A stretch of 41,626 nt of DNA from Candidatus Omnitrophota bacterium (GCA_028711825.1 JAQTRM010000002.1:1-41626), one strand, 5' to 3'; shown: positions 23,897 through 31,504, counted from the first letter of the stretch. Program-made: numbers and translations. Notes: generated by a model from the sequence alone, not told the origin.

Positions 23897-25059
23897 TTTC
23901 GTCTCTCCTCTATCTGGGCGGGCCGGCCAAAACTGTAATTTTTAAGAAAAACTGTCAAAACCCGCGCCCCGTGGTATAAACTATCCAAATCGGCATATTC
24001 GTCGGCAATATGGGCACAGCCCTCTTTGCCGAAACCGGTAGCTACCGCCGGAATATTTCTTTCCTTAAAAAATGTTATTACTGTCGCACCTTCCGATCCG
24101 CTGATCTTCGGAGAAATCTTTAAACTGCGCATCGCGCAAACCAGACTCCTGACCAAAGGATGCTCCGGAGAGATATAATAAGGATTTTGGATTCCCTGAA
24201 TCCGGATCTTATAATTATCGGTGTAGCGGCGGATCGTTTTTTTCAGGGAACTTAATATTTCTTTTTCCGAAGAACCGGGAAGAAACCTGAAGTCTAATTC
24301 AAATTCACACCAGTCGCTGACAACATTCACTTTGTCCCCTCCGCGGATCGTCCCCACATTAACGGTAGGAGGATGAAGATACCGGTTTTTCTTAAAACGC
24401 GGCCGGCTGTTTTTAAGATCCGTGATTATTTTGGCCGCAATATCGATAGCATTAACCCCCAGCCAGGGGTAAGCCCCGTGAGCTTTCCTGCCGCGCAAAG
24501 ACACTTTAAGATGCATCAATCCTTTTTGCGTAACCACGATCTCGAAATCGTCGGCATCCAGGACAATCGCCGCGTCGGCCTTCAGAATGTTGCGTTTAAG
24601 TAAAGGGATCAGCCCTAAAGAAGAACCGCTCTCTTCGTCCGCGGTAGCCGCAAAAACAAGGTTATAATCAAGCTCGACACCGTCTTCAACGATGGAAGTG
24701 ATCGCCTCCAGCGCACTGGCTAAATTCCCTTTACAGTCCGTCGCCCCCAGGCCGTAAATTCTGCCTCCCTTTATCCTGGCCTCCAGCGGCGGGGTTTTCC
24801 AGTTATTACCCGACGGAACGGTATCCAGGTGCGGAGTAAGCAGTAAAGATTTTCTTTTTTTGTTTTCTCCCAGCGTAGCGATAACATTGACCCTCTTGTC
24901 CCTGAAGGCATAAGTTTTCACTTTCAGGCCGAGAGTTCTTAAATATTTTACGACGAAATCCGCGACCGCCCGCTCGTCGCCGGGAGGATTCTGGGAATCC
25001 AGCGAGATTAATTTTTGAATAGTCTTTATGAGACGTTTTTTATCGGCCATAACGGGCAA
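23893..25059 (-). CDS. M20 family metallopeptidase (ArgE/DapE-like deacylase)
   Basis: 388 aa. Metal ligands in LLLTPHLDTVP, GATDCKG, ATADEESG. The central dimerisation domain and C-terminal H (GCAHIADE) are consistent with ArgE/DapE. The start could alternatively be the second ATG, 9 nt downstream. Confidence 0.85.
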   Translation of the reverse strand: MPVMADKKRLIKTIQKLISLDSQNPPGDERAVADFVVKYLRTLGLKVKTYAFRDKRVNVIATLGENKKRKSLLLTPHLDTVPSGNNWKTPPLEARIKGGRIYGLGATDCKGNLASALEAITSIVEDGVELDYNLVFAATADEESGSSLGLIPLLKRNILKADAAIVLDADDFEIVVTQKGLMHLKVSLRGRKAHGAYPWLGVNAIDIAAKIITDLKNSRPRFKKNRYLHPPTVNVGTIRGGDKVNVVSDWCEFELDFRFLPGSSEKEILSSLKKTIRRYTDNYKIRIQGIQNPYYISPEHPLVRSLVCAMRSLKISPKISGSEGATVITFFKERNIPAVATGFGKEGCAHIADEYADLDSLYHGARVLTVFLKNYSFGRPAQIEERRK

Positions 25060-25676
25060 ACCTTACATTTCGGGTTATTCTTGCGGCAATACTCCTTGCC
25101 GGTTTTTACCAGTAACGCGTGATATTCGTTAAAAATCCCTTTGTCTTTTTTAAGGCCGCGCATAAAAACATCCTGCAGCCGCGCATAATCGTCATCTTCT
25201 CCGGACAAGCCGTGCCGCAGCAGTATCCTCCGGGTATAAGCGTCGATAACAAAAACCGGTTTATCCAAAGCGTAAAGCAATATGGAATCTGCGGTTTCCG
25301 GACCGATGCCGTTAACCGCCAGGAGCTCTTTTCTTAAAAGTCCCGCCTCCTGTTTACGCATCCGCTCGATTTTCCCTTGATAGCTTCGGAAGAAGAATGC
25401 GAGAAAATTCCTAATCCGGAGAGCCTTAATATTATAATACCCGGCGCTTTTAATCAAAGCCGCGAGCTTTTTCCGCGGAAACCGGTAAAGCCGGACGGGA
25501 TCTAAAAGTTTTTTCTTCTTAAGGGAAATGATCGCCTTTTCGACATTAGACCAGCTGGTATTCTGGGTGAGGATCGCCCCGACGATCACCTCGAATGCGC
25601 TTTGCGCGGGCCACCAGCCTTGCGGGCCGAAAGCGGAATACAACCGCCGGTAGATCAGTTTAATCTTACCCTTCAT
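25026..25676 (-). CDS. HhH-GPD superfamily DNA glycosylase (endonuclease III domain protein)
   Basis: 216 aa. ILTQNTSW; helix-hairpin-helix LLAVNGIGPETADSILLYAL; catalytic Asp in VIDAYTRR; C-terminal Cys cluster CRKNNPKCKVCPL. Confidence 0.8.
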   Translation of the reverse strand: MKGKIKLIYRRLYSAFGPQGWWPAQSAFEVIVGAILTQNTSWSNVEKAIISLKKKKLLDPVRLYRFPRKKLAALIKSAGYYNIKALRIRNFLAFFFRSYQGKIERMRKQEAGLLRKELLAVNGIGPETADSILLYALDKPVFVIDAYTRRILLRHGLSGEDDDYARLQDVFMRGLKKDKGIFNEYHALLVKTGKEYCRKNNPKCKVCPLWPIKNVS

Positions 25677-27619
25677 TCCTTAAGTTCTAAAGGATTAAAA
25701 CCGTAATAGGCGAAAAGGGTATAGGTGGTCCCGGAAACCGAACCGGTATGGCTGCCTTTAGGAGTCGACCAGCCGTGCCCGGTGCTCACCTGATCCTGCG
25801 TGGCATAGGGCAAACAACCCTCTCCCTGCCCGGAGGGGGAAGGGCTGGAGATGATCATCTTACAAAGTTCGCCCAGATACATCCGGGCCTTCCTTCCGTA
25901 TTCATCCGCCTTAGCCTTATCTCCTTTTTTCAGGTAGAAATCCTCCATAATTTTGTATGAAACAACCATCTGTGCCGTCCATTCGGAAGAAACCACTCCG
26001 CCCCGGGCGGTATGAAGCAGCGGTGCAAAATCAAAACCTTTGACCTTTACGGTCTTGCCGTCCAGGCCGGTAAAATCCACCTCCACGCTGCAACTCTCTT
26101 CCACAAATTCCATAATCTTATCGGGATCCATCCCCAATGAAAATAATTTTTCCGGTCCGATCGCGGCGATACTCCAGGCATAAGTATCGGTGGCAATGGT
26201 AGAATCCCCCTTGCCGCGCTTTACCGGCAGTTCCGGACGGTCATAAGTATTGTTCAGCATCCACGTCAGCACCTTCTGGGCGGCACGGGAATAGGCCTCC
26301 TTGCCGGTAACCTCGGCCAGCATCGTAAAAAACGCGTAAGCGTCGAGGTTATGCTCGGTAGAATACCATGTCACGTTCGGTCCGCCGCGCAGCCCGCCTC
26401 CGGCGTCTTCATTCTGGAGTTTAATCATGGTGGCGGCGATACTCTCCGCTAAATCCAAATACCTCTGGTCCTGACTAAAATGCGTATACTGCATTACCGC
26501 AAGGCCCAGCCAGATATTCGGACCGCAATGCATGATAAATTCGGCAGGCCCCCCATCGTCAACATAATAGGCGTTCAGGAACCATCCATTTTCCCTTTTT
26601 GCCCGGTGGGCGAAGAAATCCAGGATTTTCCTGGCACGTTCAAAGTCCGAAAACCTGGAATAAGCCTGCGCCAGGAGGGCCAGGTCATAGGTAAAAGACC
26701 AATTGGCGATCTCCTTATCGCCTTCGAAGCTCGATACCAGTCCGGTGCGGCTGTTCTGGTGAATCTTAAGCCAACGGTACATATTATCGAAATTGGCTTT
26801 TTCCAGGACCGCCTTTTTCTCCCCGAGATCGGTGAGCTCTTTCCGGGCTTTAGTTTCATTACGCACAACCTCCGCCAGTTTCTCCTCCAAGACGGTCTTT
26901 TCTTCGGAGAGCCCTGAGATCAAGTTGTTTAATTTTTCAATCTGGACGAGGTCCCCCTTCTGGATCGCCTGGATCGACTCCTTTTGCGCTTCCACGGAAC
27001 GTATCCTCTCCTGGAGAACATTCAATTCCGCGGCAAAGGATTCTTTTTGAGCGGCAACCTCCTTAATCTTTTGCTGCGCCAGGTCGGCAGCCTTCAACAC
27101 GGTGGTCAACCTGCCGATCAAAAGCTTATTGCCCTGGGTCAGTTTATAATTAAGGTAACTGTTGAGCCCCAGGCCGGCGGTAAGCAGGATGACTAAAAAC
27201 AGGGTTACCGGGACAAAAAGTTTTTTCAGCCAGGCATAACGCATCAGCCGGATGTTCTGACGGGCGGAGATAAGATCATAGCTTATCCCGATGAGGTAAC
27301 GGTGCCTTTCATCAAGAATCTCCTTAACCCAGGCAATGCTGGCCTGCGCAAGAACCGGCCTCCGGCTCACCGGGACGTCAATCTCCAAAAGGAGTTTGGC
27401 GTTCTTTTTGCGGATGATCTCAAACAACCTGGCGTCCAGGCTGTTCACTGTCAGACAGATACCCCCTTTGCTGATGTTATTGGTAAAACCCTGCACCCAA
27501 TCGGATAAAAAAATATCCTCTCCCGGTTTTTTCAGGCGGAACTCCACCGGAAAAACCGTATCCAGACGTAGATATTTGCGGTGCTCTTCGGGGATCGATT
27601 TTTTATTTTTATAAAGCAT
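25673..27619 (-). CDS. PilZ domain protein with TM segment, long coiled coil and C-terminal alpha/alpha-toroid-like domain
   Basis: 648 aa. PilZ c-di-GMP motifs RKYLR (RxxxR) and NISKGG (D/NxSxxG); TM helix LFVPVTLFLVILLTAGLGL; about 130 aa of heptad-rich coiled coil. The C-terminal ~370 aa carry patterns (HCGPNIWLGLAVMQY, STEHNLDAYAFF) reminiscent of six-hairpin glycosidase-like folds. That fold guess is weak. Confidence 0.7.
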   Translation of the reverse strand: MLYKNKKSIPEEHRKYLRLDTVFPVEFRLKKPGEDIFLSDWVQGFTNNISKGGICLTVNSLDARLFEIIRKKNAKLLLEIDVPVSRRPVLAQASIAWVKEILDERHRYLIGISYDLISARQNIRLMRYAWLKKLFVPVTLFLVILLTAGLGLNSYLNYKLTQGNKLLIGRLTTVLKAADLAQQKIKEVAAQKESFAAELNVLQERIRSVEAQKESIQAIQKGDLVQIEKLNNLISGLSEEKTVLEEKLAEVVRNETKARKELTDLGEKKAVLEKANFDNMYRWLKIHQNSRTGLVSSFEGDKEIANWSFTYDLALLAQAYSRFSDFERARKILDFFAHRAKRENGWFLNAYYVDDGGPAEFIMHCGPNIWLGLAVMQYTHFSQDQRYLDLAESIAATMIKLQNEDAGGGLRGGPNVTWYSTEHNLDAYAFFTMLAEVTGKEAYSRAAQKVLTWMLNNTYDRPELPVKRGKGDSTIATDTYAWSIAAIGPEKLFSLGMDPDKIMEFVEESCSVEVDFTGLDGKTVKVKGFDFAPLLHTARGGVVSSEWTAQMVVSYKIMEDFYLKKGDKAKADEYGRKARMYLGELCKMIISSPSPSGQGEGCLPYATQDQVSTGHGWSTPKGSHTGSVSGTTYTLFAYYGFNPLELKE

Positions 27620-27677
27620 TTTAAATTTAAGTTATGAATCCTGTTATATTTTATAACAAATACCGCTTAAGGCAAAA

Positions 27678-28508
27678 CTAAATCTTGCCGCTTTCTTCAA
27701 AACTTAAGATGTTGTCCAGGCGGAAAGTGCGCCTTTCCCGTTCAGGATAGCAGTCCCCGATCAAATACCAGTATTTATCGATCCGCTTGATCTGCCGGGG
27801 AAGAACCTCCCTCCAGGAAATTTCCCCGCTCCTGCTGGAAAGATACTTGAATTTTAAAATTTCCTGCGTCCGGATATGCGCCTGAATCAACCCGGAATTC
27901 CCCGGTTCCCCTTGCGCGGAAAAAGCGCCTTCAAAAGAAAAAAGAGTTAAAAAATCCGCAAAGGAAAAAATCCCTTTGCCGCGGCAAACTTCTTCCAGCC
28001 GGCAAAATACCTCCCGCGCCATCTCCGCGTCGGAAAAAGCGCGGTGCGACTGCGCCGATTTTATTCCCAGGGTCTGAGCCACAAACCAAAGCGCATAACG
28101 CGGCAGGCCGGGGAGCATCTTCCTGGCCATTGTCAGGATATCCAAAACCGAAAGATCCCGGATCGGCGGATAACCGGAAAGGACCAGTTCATTATTCAAA
28201 AACCCCAGATCGAATTCCGCGTTATAGAAACAAAGACAGCTACCTTTTATAAAATCCAGGAATTTCGGTATTACCGTTTCGATTGAGGGCGCGTTTTTAA
28301 GCATCTCCGGGGTAATCTTATTCACCGCGAAAGCCCCGGGCGAAACCGCCCTCCCCGAATTCACCAAAACGTCGAATTCGGAAATTCTCTCCTGCCCCCT
28401 GAACTTAATCCCGGACAGTTCCACGATACGGTCTCCGGAGGCATAAGACAACCCCGTGGTTTCGGTATCGAATATAACTAATTCTACTTCGTCGATATTC
28501 TTATCCAT
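27678..28508 (-). CDS. DEDDh 3'-5' exonuclease (DnaQ/epsilon-like) fused to a C-terminal WYL domain
   Basis: Exo I VIFDTETTGL; Exo II FYNAEFDLGFL; Exo III HRAFSDAEMA. The C-terminus ILKFKYLSSRSGEISWREVLPRQIKRIDKYWYLIGDCYPERERRTFRLDNI is a WYL-domain signature. I moved the start from the ORF-track 28592 to the ATG at 28508 (MDKNIDEV...), which leaves only an 8-nt overlap with the upstream gene. Confidence 0.8.
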   Translation of the reverse strand: MDKNIDEVELVIFDTETTGLSYASGDRIVELSGIKFRGQERISEFDVLVNSGRAVSPGAFAVNKITPEMLKNAPSIETVIPKFLDFIKGSCLCFYNAEFDLGFLNNELVLSGYPPIRDLSVLDILTMARKMLPGLPRYALWFVAQTLGIKSAQSHRAFSDAEMAREVFCRLEEVCRGKGIFSFADFLTLFSFEGAFSAQGEPGNSGLIQAHIRTQEILKFKYLSSRSGEISWREVLPRQIKRIDKYWYLIGDCYPERERRTFRLDNILSFEESGKI

Positions 28509-29397
28509 TGCGGGTTGCGATATAGGCGGACACCAACCGCTGCGGATGATAAGAAAGCTTTGTCTTGCGCAAATTCTCCAGCCCCGAATCATCCATAATA
28601 TTAATATACCGGTAACCCTCTAAAGCCCGGCTAAACTGACGGAAAATAAACTGCGCCAGCCCTTTGATTGAAATATCCGTAATCTCATAAAGCAGGCAAA
28701 AGGTATCCTTATTAAGCCGGCAGCCGAAGCTGAATGCCTTGATTTCCCCGGACACCTTAACAACAATTCCTTCTAAACCCAGATTTTTGTAGCTCCCGAA
28801 GGCTCTCTGCAGCACGCTCCTGCTATCCTGGAGCATGCCGCGATAGACCTCGTCTCCGCACTTCCCCTTGCGTTCTGCGGCCCAGGAATCAAAAAGTTCC
28901 AGGCAATCCTTACGGTCCGCGAGAGTTAATTTCCTCCATTCATAATCAAAATGCTTTATAAAATAATTACAGGAGGCGCGCTGCGGTTTAAACCGGTTGC
29001 CTTTAAGCTCCGCCAGGTCTTGGCGCGCGCAAAGATAATCCGGGTCTTTTTCACGGCAGCGATAACCTAAAGTACGATAATATTCCAGGTCTTCGGCGGG
29101 AATATTTTCGATGCGCGAAATATCGCGGTTTTTATTAAATTTGTCCATTTCCCGGAAAATGCGCCGCACGGCATCCGGGGAAGGCTTTGTGCCCAATGGA
29201 GGCAGATATAAAAAACATCCCAGGCGGTCCCGAAAGAATACACAAAGCGTCCTTTCGACAAAACACCATTGGATTCGATAAAACGGGCGCCAGATATAAA
29301 TATTAACAAAAGAAAAAGCCGACAGCTCATGCCGGCGGGAATAAAGATACCGGTCAAATAAACCCCGGTCTTTCAAAAACAGGCTATTCAGTTTCAT
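28501..29397 (-). CDS. Stand-alone DUF2156 protein (MprF/LysX C-terminal lysyl-phosphatidylglycerol synthase-like, GNAT-type aminoacyl-tRNA transferase fold)
   Basis: 298 aa. N-terminus YLYSRRHELSAFSFVNIYIWRPFYRIQW...LCVFF and the later GEIKAFSFGCRLNKDTFCLLYEITD...GLAQFIFRQF match my recollection of PF09924. Not searched. Confidence 0.65.
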   Translation of the reverse strand: MKLNSLFLKDRGLFDRYLYSRRHELSAFSFVNIYIWRPFYRIQWCFVERTLCVFFRDRLGCFLYLPPLGTKPSPDAVRRIFREMDKFNKNRDISRIENIPAEDLEYYRTLGYRCREKDPDYLCARQDLAELKGNRFKPQRASCNYFIKHFDYEWRKLTLADRKDCLELFDSWAAERKGKCGDEVYRGMLQDSRSVLQRAFGSYKNLGLEGIVVKVSGEIKAFSFGCRLNKDTFCLLYEITDISIKGLAQFIFRQFSRALEGYRYINIMDDSGLENLRKTKLSYHPQRLVSAYIATRNG

Positions 29398-29893
29398 CAG
29401 GCAGTTCTAACTCCGCAACCTCCCGCACCTCCTCGTAAGCCTGGATAATCTGAGGGTTATTTTTCAGCATCAAACGCAAAGGCCGGGAGTTAAGATAATC
29501 CGTGAGGTAAGCGATATAGTCCCTGGCCGCCTGGCTATTGATATTTTCATAAACATACGGGCAGTTCAAGTCTACGGTTAAAAGGACTTTCCCCTTACGG
29601 AAATTAATCAAAAAAGGATAAAGCCTGCACTCGAAAGGATGGTTATTGTAAATTCCGCATTTGTTGGAAGACGCCTCTAAAAAAGGACAGATAAAACCTT
29701 CCCCGGAAGGGTCGGCGACCAATTTCAAACGGTGATCGACAGAAAGCGCGGCGGAGGGAATACCCGGCTTATCGAGCAGCCCTTGTATTTCTTCATCCAA
29801 AAGACAGGGGCCCCATACCGAATCCTCTTCCCTGAACCTGCAGCAGGAACGGCATTTAAGGCAAAATTCCTGGGGAACAAATTGACGGATCAT
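29384..29893 (-). CDS. YkgJ family cysteine-cluster protein (CxxCxxCC, UPF0153)
   Basis: 169 aa. CLKCRSCCRF near the N-terminus, then CPFLEASSNKCGIYNNHPFECRLYPF, the typical second half of the family. Confidence 0.75.
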   Translation of the reverse strand: MIRQFVPQEFCLKCRSCCRFREEDSVWGPCLLDEEIQGLLDKPGIPSAALSVDHRLKLVADPSGEGFICPFLEASSNKCGIYNNHPFECRLYPFLINFRKGKVLLTVDLNCPYVYENINSQAARDYIAYLTDYLNSRPLRLMLKNNPQIIQAYEEVREVAELELPDETE

Positions 29894-30210
29894 TTAACGA
29901 TGCTCCCGGGTTTCAAGTTTTTTTCGGGACTGATCACCGCGAGAGATTCATCATCGGAAGCGGCTAGTATCATCCCCTGGCTTTCCACTCCCCGCAGAAC
30001 TACCGGATCAAGGTTATCGATTACCACCACCTGTTTTCCAATAAGCTGCTCCGGAGAATAAAATTTTTTTATCCCGGCAACAACCTGTTTTTGCCGCCCG
30101 CCCAGATCCAGCGTCAACACCACCAGCTTATCCGCATTAGGATGCTCGCTAACCTCCTTGATCTGCGCCACCCTTAACTCCAATTTTTTAAAATCCTCAA
30201 TTGTCGCCAT
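29890..30210 (-). CDS. tRNA-binding domain protein (CsaA / MetRS-beta / EMAP-II-like OB fold)
   Basis: 106 aa. FKKLELRVAQIKEVSEHPNADKLVVLTLDLGG...VVAGIKKFYSPEQLIGKQVVVIDNLDPVVLRGVESQGMILAA. RBS aaaaggag lies 7 nt upstream of the ATG. Confidence 0.85.
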   Translation of the reverse strand: MATIEDFKKLELRVAQIKEVSEHPNADKLVVLTLDLGGRQKQVVAGIKKFYSPEQLIGKQVVVIDNLDPVVLRGVESQGMILAASDDESLAVISPEKNLKPGSIVK

Positions 30211-30340
30211 CTTATGCTCCTTTTAGCAATAATCTAGGAATAAGTAAAGGCAGAGGCAAAGAAGAAACTATCCGTTTATCACAATCCCCAATTCTATCTA
30301 GCCCCGGGATACCCTAACTTATAATTAATATTAATGTTAC

Positions 30341-30377
30341 AACCCTAAAACAAATCTCCCCGCGCTAAAGCACGGGG
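30341..30377 (-). terminator. Rho-independent terminator-like hairpin
   Basis: The minus strand reads CCCCGUGC-UUUA-GCGCGGGG (an 8-bp stem with one G-U pair, 30377-30358), followed by AGAUUUGUUUU. Confidence 0.4.
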
Positions 30378-30389
30378 CTTCTTTCCTTG

Positions 30390-30422
30390 GATTGTCCGCC
30401 ACTGAAACTTCGGCGGACAATC
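30390..30422. other. Perfect 11-bp stem hairpin in the tRNA-proximal non-coding region
   Basis: gattgtccgcc (30390-30400), loop actgaaacttc, then ggcggacaatc (30412-30422). Confidence 0.5.
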
Positions 30423-30481
30423 GTCACGCTTTCCGATTAAAATCATAACATCCAAAAGGACAAAACTCAAGGCAAATCAAC

Positions 30482-30516
30482 CTTCAGCTATCGGCTTTCA
30501 GCCTTCAGCTATCAGC
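30482..30516. repeat. Left outer arm of a truncated TCAGC-type heptad element (copy C)
   Basis: Five in-phase heptads: cttcagc tatcggc tttcagc cttcagc tatcagc. They are followed by an A-rich spacer (ccaaaggcaaa) and a degenerate gtaatagttaatg. There is no matching GCTGANN right arm anywhere up to the tRNA genes. Confidence 0.7.
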
Positions 30517-30711
30517 TAACCCAAAGGCAAATATCAGAAGGTAATAGTTAATGCGGAAAAATCAATTCCCGAATACCCCGGTCTAAAGACCGAAGTTTGT
30601 TTCTAAATTGTGCTTCAATTATGCTTGGGCATCCTTAAGTGAAATCAAAGGAATGCTCAAGCCGCTTCCATCCCCGGCGCTCTAAGGGCGGGGAATTAAG
30701 GCGGCGAACGC

Positions 30712-30748
30712 ATAAACCAAAAGCGCCACGGCTAACCGTGACGCTTCT
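30712..30748 (-). terminator. Rho-independent terminator downstream of tRNA-Asp
   Basis: The minus strand reads AGCGUCACGG-UUAG-CCGUGGCGCU (a 10-bp stem with one G-U pair) followed by UUUGGUUUAU. It starts 5 nt after the tRNA CCA end. Confidence 0.5.
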
Positions 30749-30752
30749 TGAA

Positions 30753-30831
30753 TGGCGGGGCCGACGAGATTCGGACTCGCGATCTCCTCCGTGACAGGGA
30801 GGCGCTTTGAACCAGGCTAAGCTACGACCCC
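30753..30831 (-). tRNA. tRNA-Asp (anticodon GTC), CCA encoded
   Basis: The reverse complement is ggggtcgtagcttagcctggttcaaagcgcctccctgtcacggaggagatcgcgagtccgaatctcgtcggccccgcca. Acceptor ggggtcg/cggcccc; anticodon arm cctcc-ctGTCac-ggagg; T-arm gcgag-tccgaat-ctcgt. Confidence 0.9.
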
Positions 30832-30970
30832 AAAATTTGAAACTTATTATACTTATTTATCCACCCAAAGTCTACTACTTTATTTTCCGCGCGCTTCCTG
30901 ACGAAAATAACCCTTCAACAATCCCGAACTAAAAGACCGGGGTTGTCAGGCGGCGAACGTATAAAATTTA

Positions 30971-31047
30971 TGGTGGGCGATAGAGGAGTTGAACCCCTGA
31001 CCTTCTGAATGTAAATCAGACGCTCTAACCAACTGAGCTAATCGCCC
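30971..31047 (-). tRNA. tRNA-Val (anticodon TAC), CCA encoded
   Basis: The reverse complement is gggcgattagctcagttggttagagcgtctgatttacattcagaaggtcaggggttcaactcctctatcgcccacca. Acceptor gggcgat/atcgccc; D-arm gctc...gagc; anticodon arm tctga-ttTACat-tcaga; T-loop ttcaact. Confidence 0.92.
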
Positions 31048-31053
31048 CCGGCT

Positions 31054-31503
31054 TTACATCTTCCCTAGAACAATCAAAGTAAAGACCATCACAAATAAAG
31101 CTACAGTCTCTACAACACCTACGACCGCCAGGTAGTTTCCAAACCCCTTACCTGTTTCCCCCATGGCGTCACAGGCGCAAGCCGAACATTTACCCTGAAA
31201 TAAGGCGGAAGCCCCTATAGCTAAACCGGCAAAAGCGCCAACCCCCCACAGATACTGCCCGGCATTGGCAAGCTCAATCATCTTAGTCGCGACGATATTA
31301 CCGTAAATCGTCTGGGTCAAAGGCGCTCCCACTAAAGCAACCAGCAAAAATGAAGCGCTTTTATTCTGGCTGAAATTCTTTTTCCACGCCCCTATGGCGG
31401 CCATACCCGCTATCCCCGTTCCCGCGGCGGAACCCAGAGCGGAAAGTCCAAGAACTAGCTCTAAACCTAAATCCTTAAACTGCACCAAAACTCCTCCGTC
31501 CAT
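31054..31503 (-). CDS. ntpK: V-type ATP synthase subunit K (proteolipid, 4-TM duplicated c subunit)
   Basis: I moved the start to the ATG at 31503 (MDGGVLVQFKDLG...), 1 nt after the subunit I stop. The ORF-track start at 31560 would overlap subunit I by 56 nt. Gly/Ala-rich TM hairpins; PLTQTIYG, ALFQGK and VVETVALF. Confidence 0.85.
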   Translation of the reverse strand: MDGGVLVQFKDLGLELVLGLSALGSAAGTGIAGMAAIGAWKKNFSQNKSASFLLVALVGAPLTQTIYGNIVATKMIELANAGQYLWGVGAFAGLAIGASALFQGKCSACACDAMGETGKGFGNYLAVVGVVETVALFVMVFTLIVLGKM

Positions 31504-31504
31504 T

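Noticed and set aside
28509-28592. N-terminal extension of the exonuclease in the ORF track (MIRGWRICARQSFLIIRSGWCPPISQPA...).
   Set aside because: It overlaps the DUF2156 gene by 92 nt and has no similarity to exonuclease N-termini. The internal ATG at 28508 precedes the Exo I motif at the usual distance.
30211-31053. The tRNA-flanked 843-bp non-coding region as a genomic-island integration site or as a hidden large ncRNA (tmRNA, RNase P, SRP, 6S).
   Set aside because: There is no integrase or recombinase gene in the window, and no duplicated tRNA 3' fragment. I could not find the conserved tmRNA tag/acceptor, the RNase P P4 motif or the SRP domain IV motif. Only local hairpins, a truncated heptad element and two tRNAs are supported.
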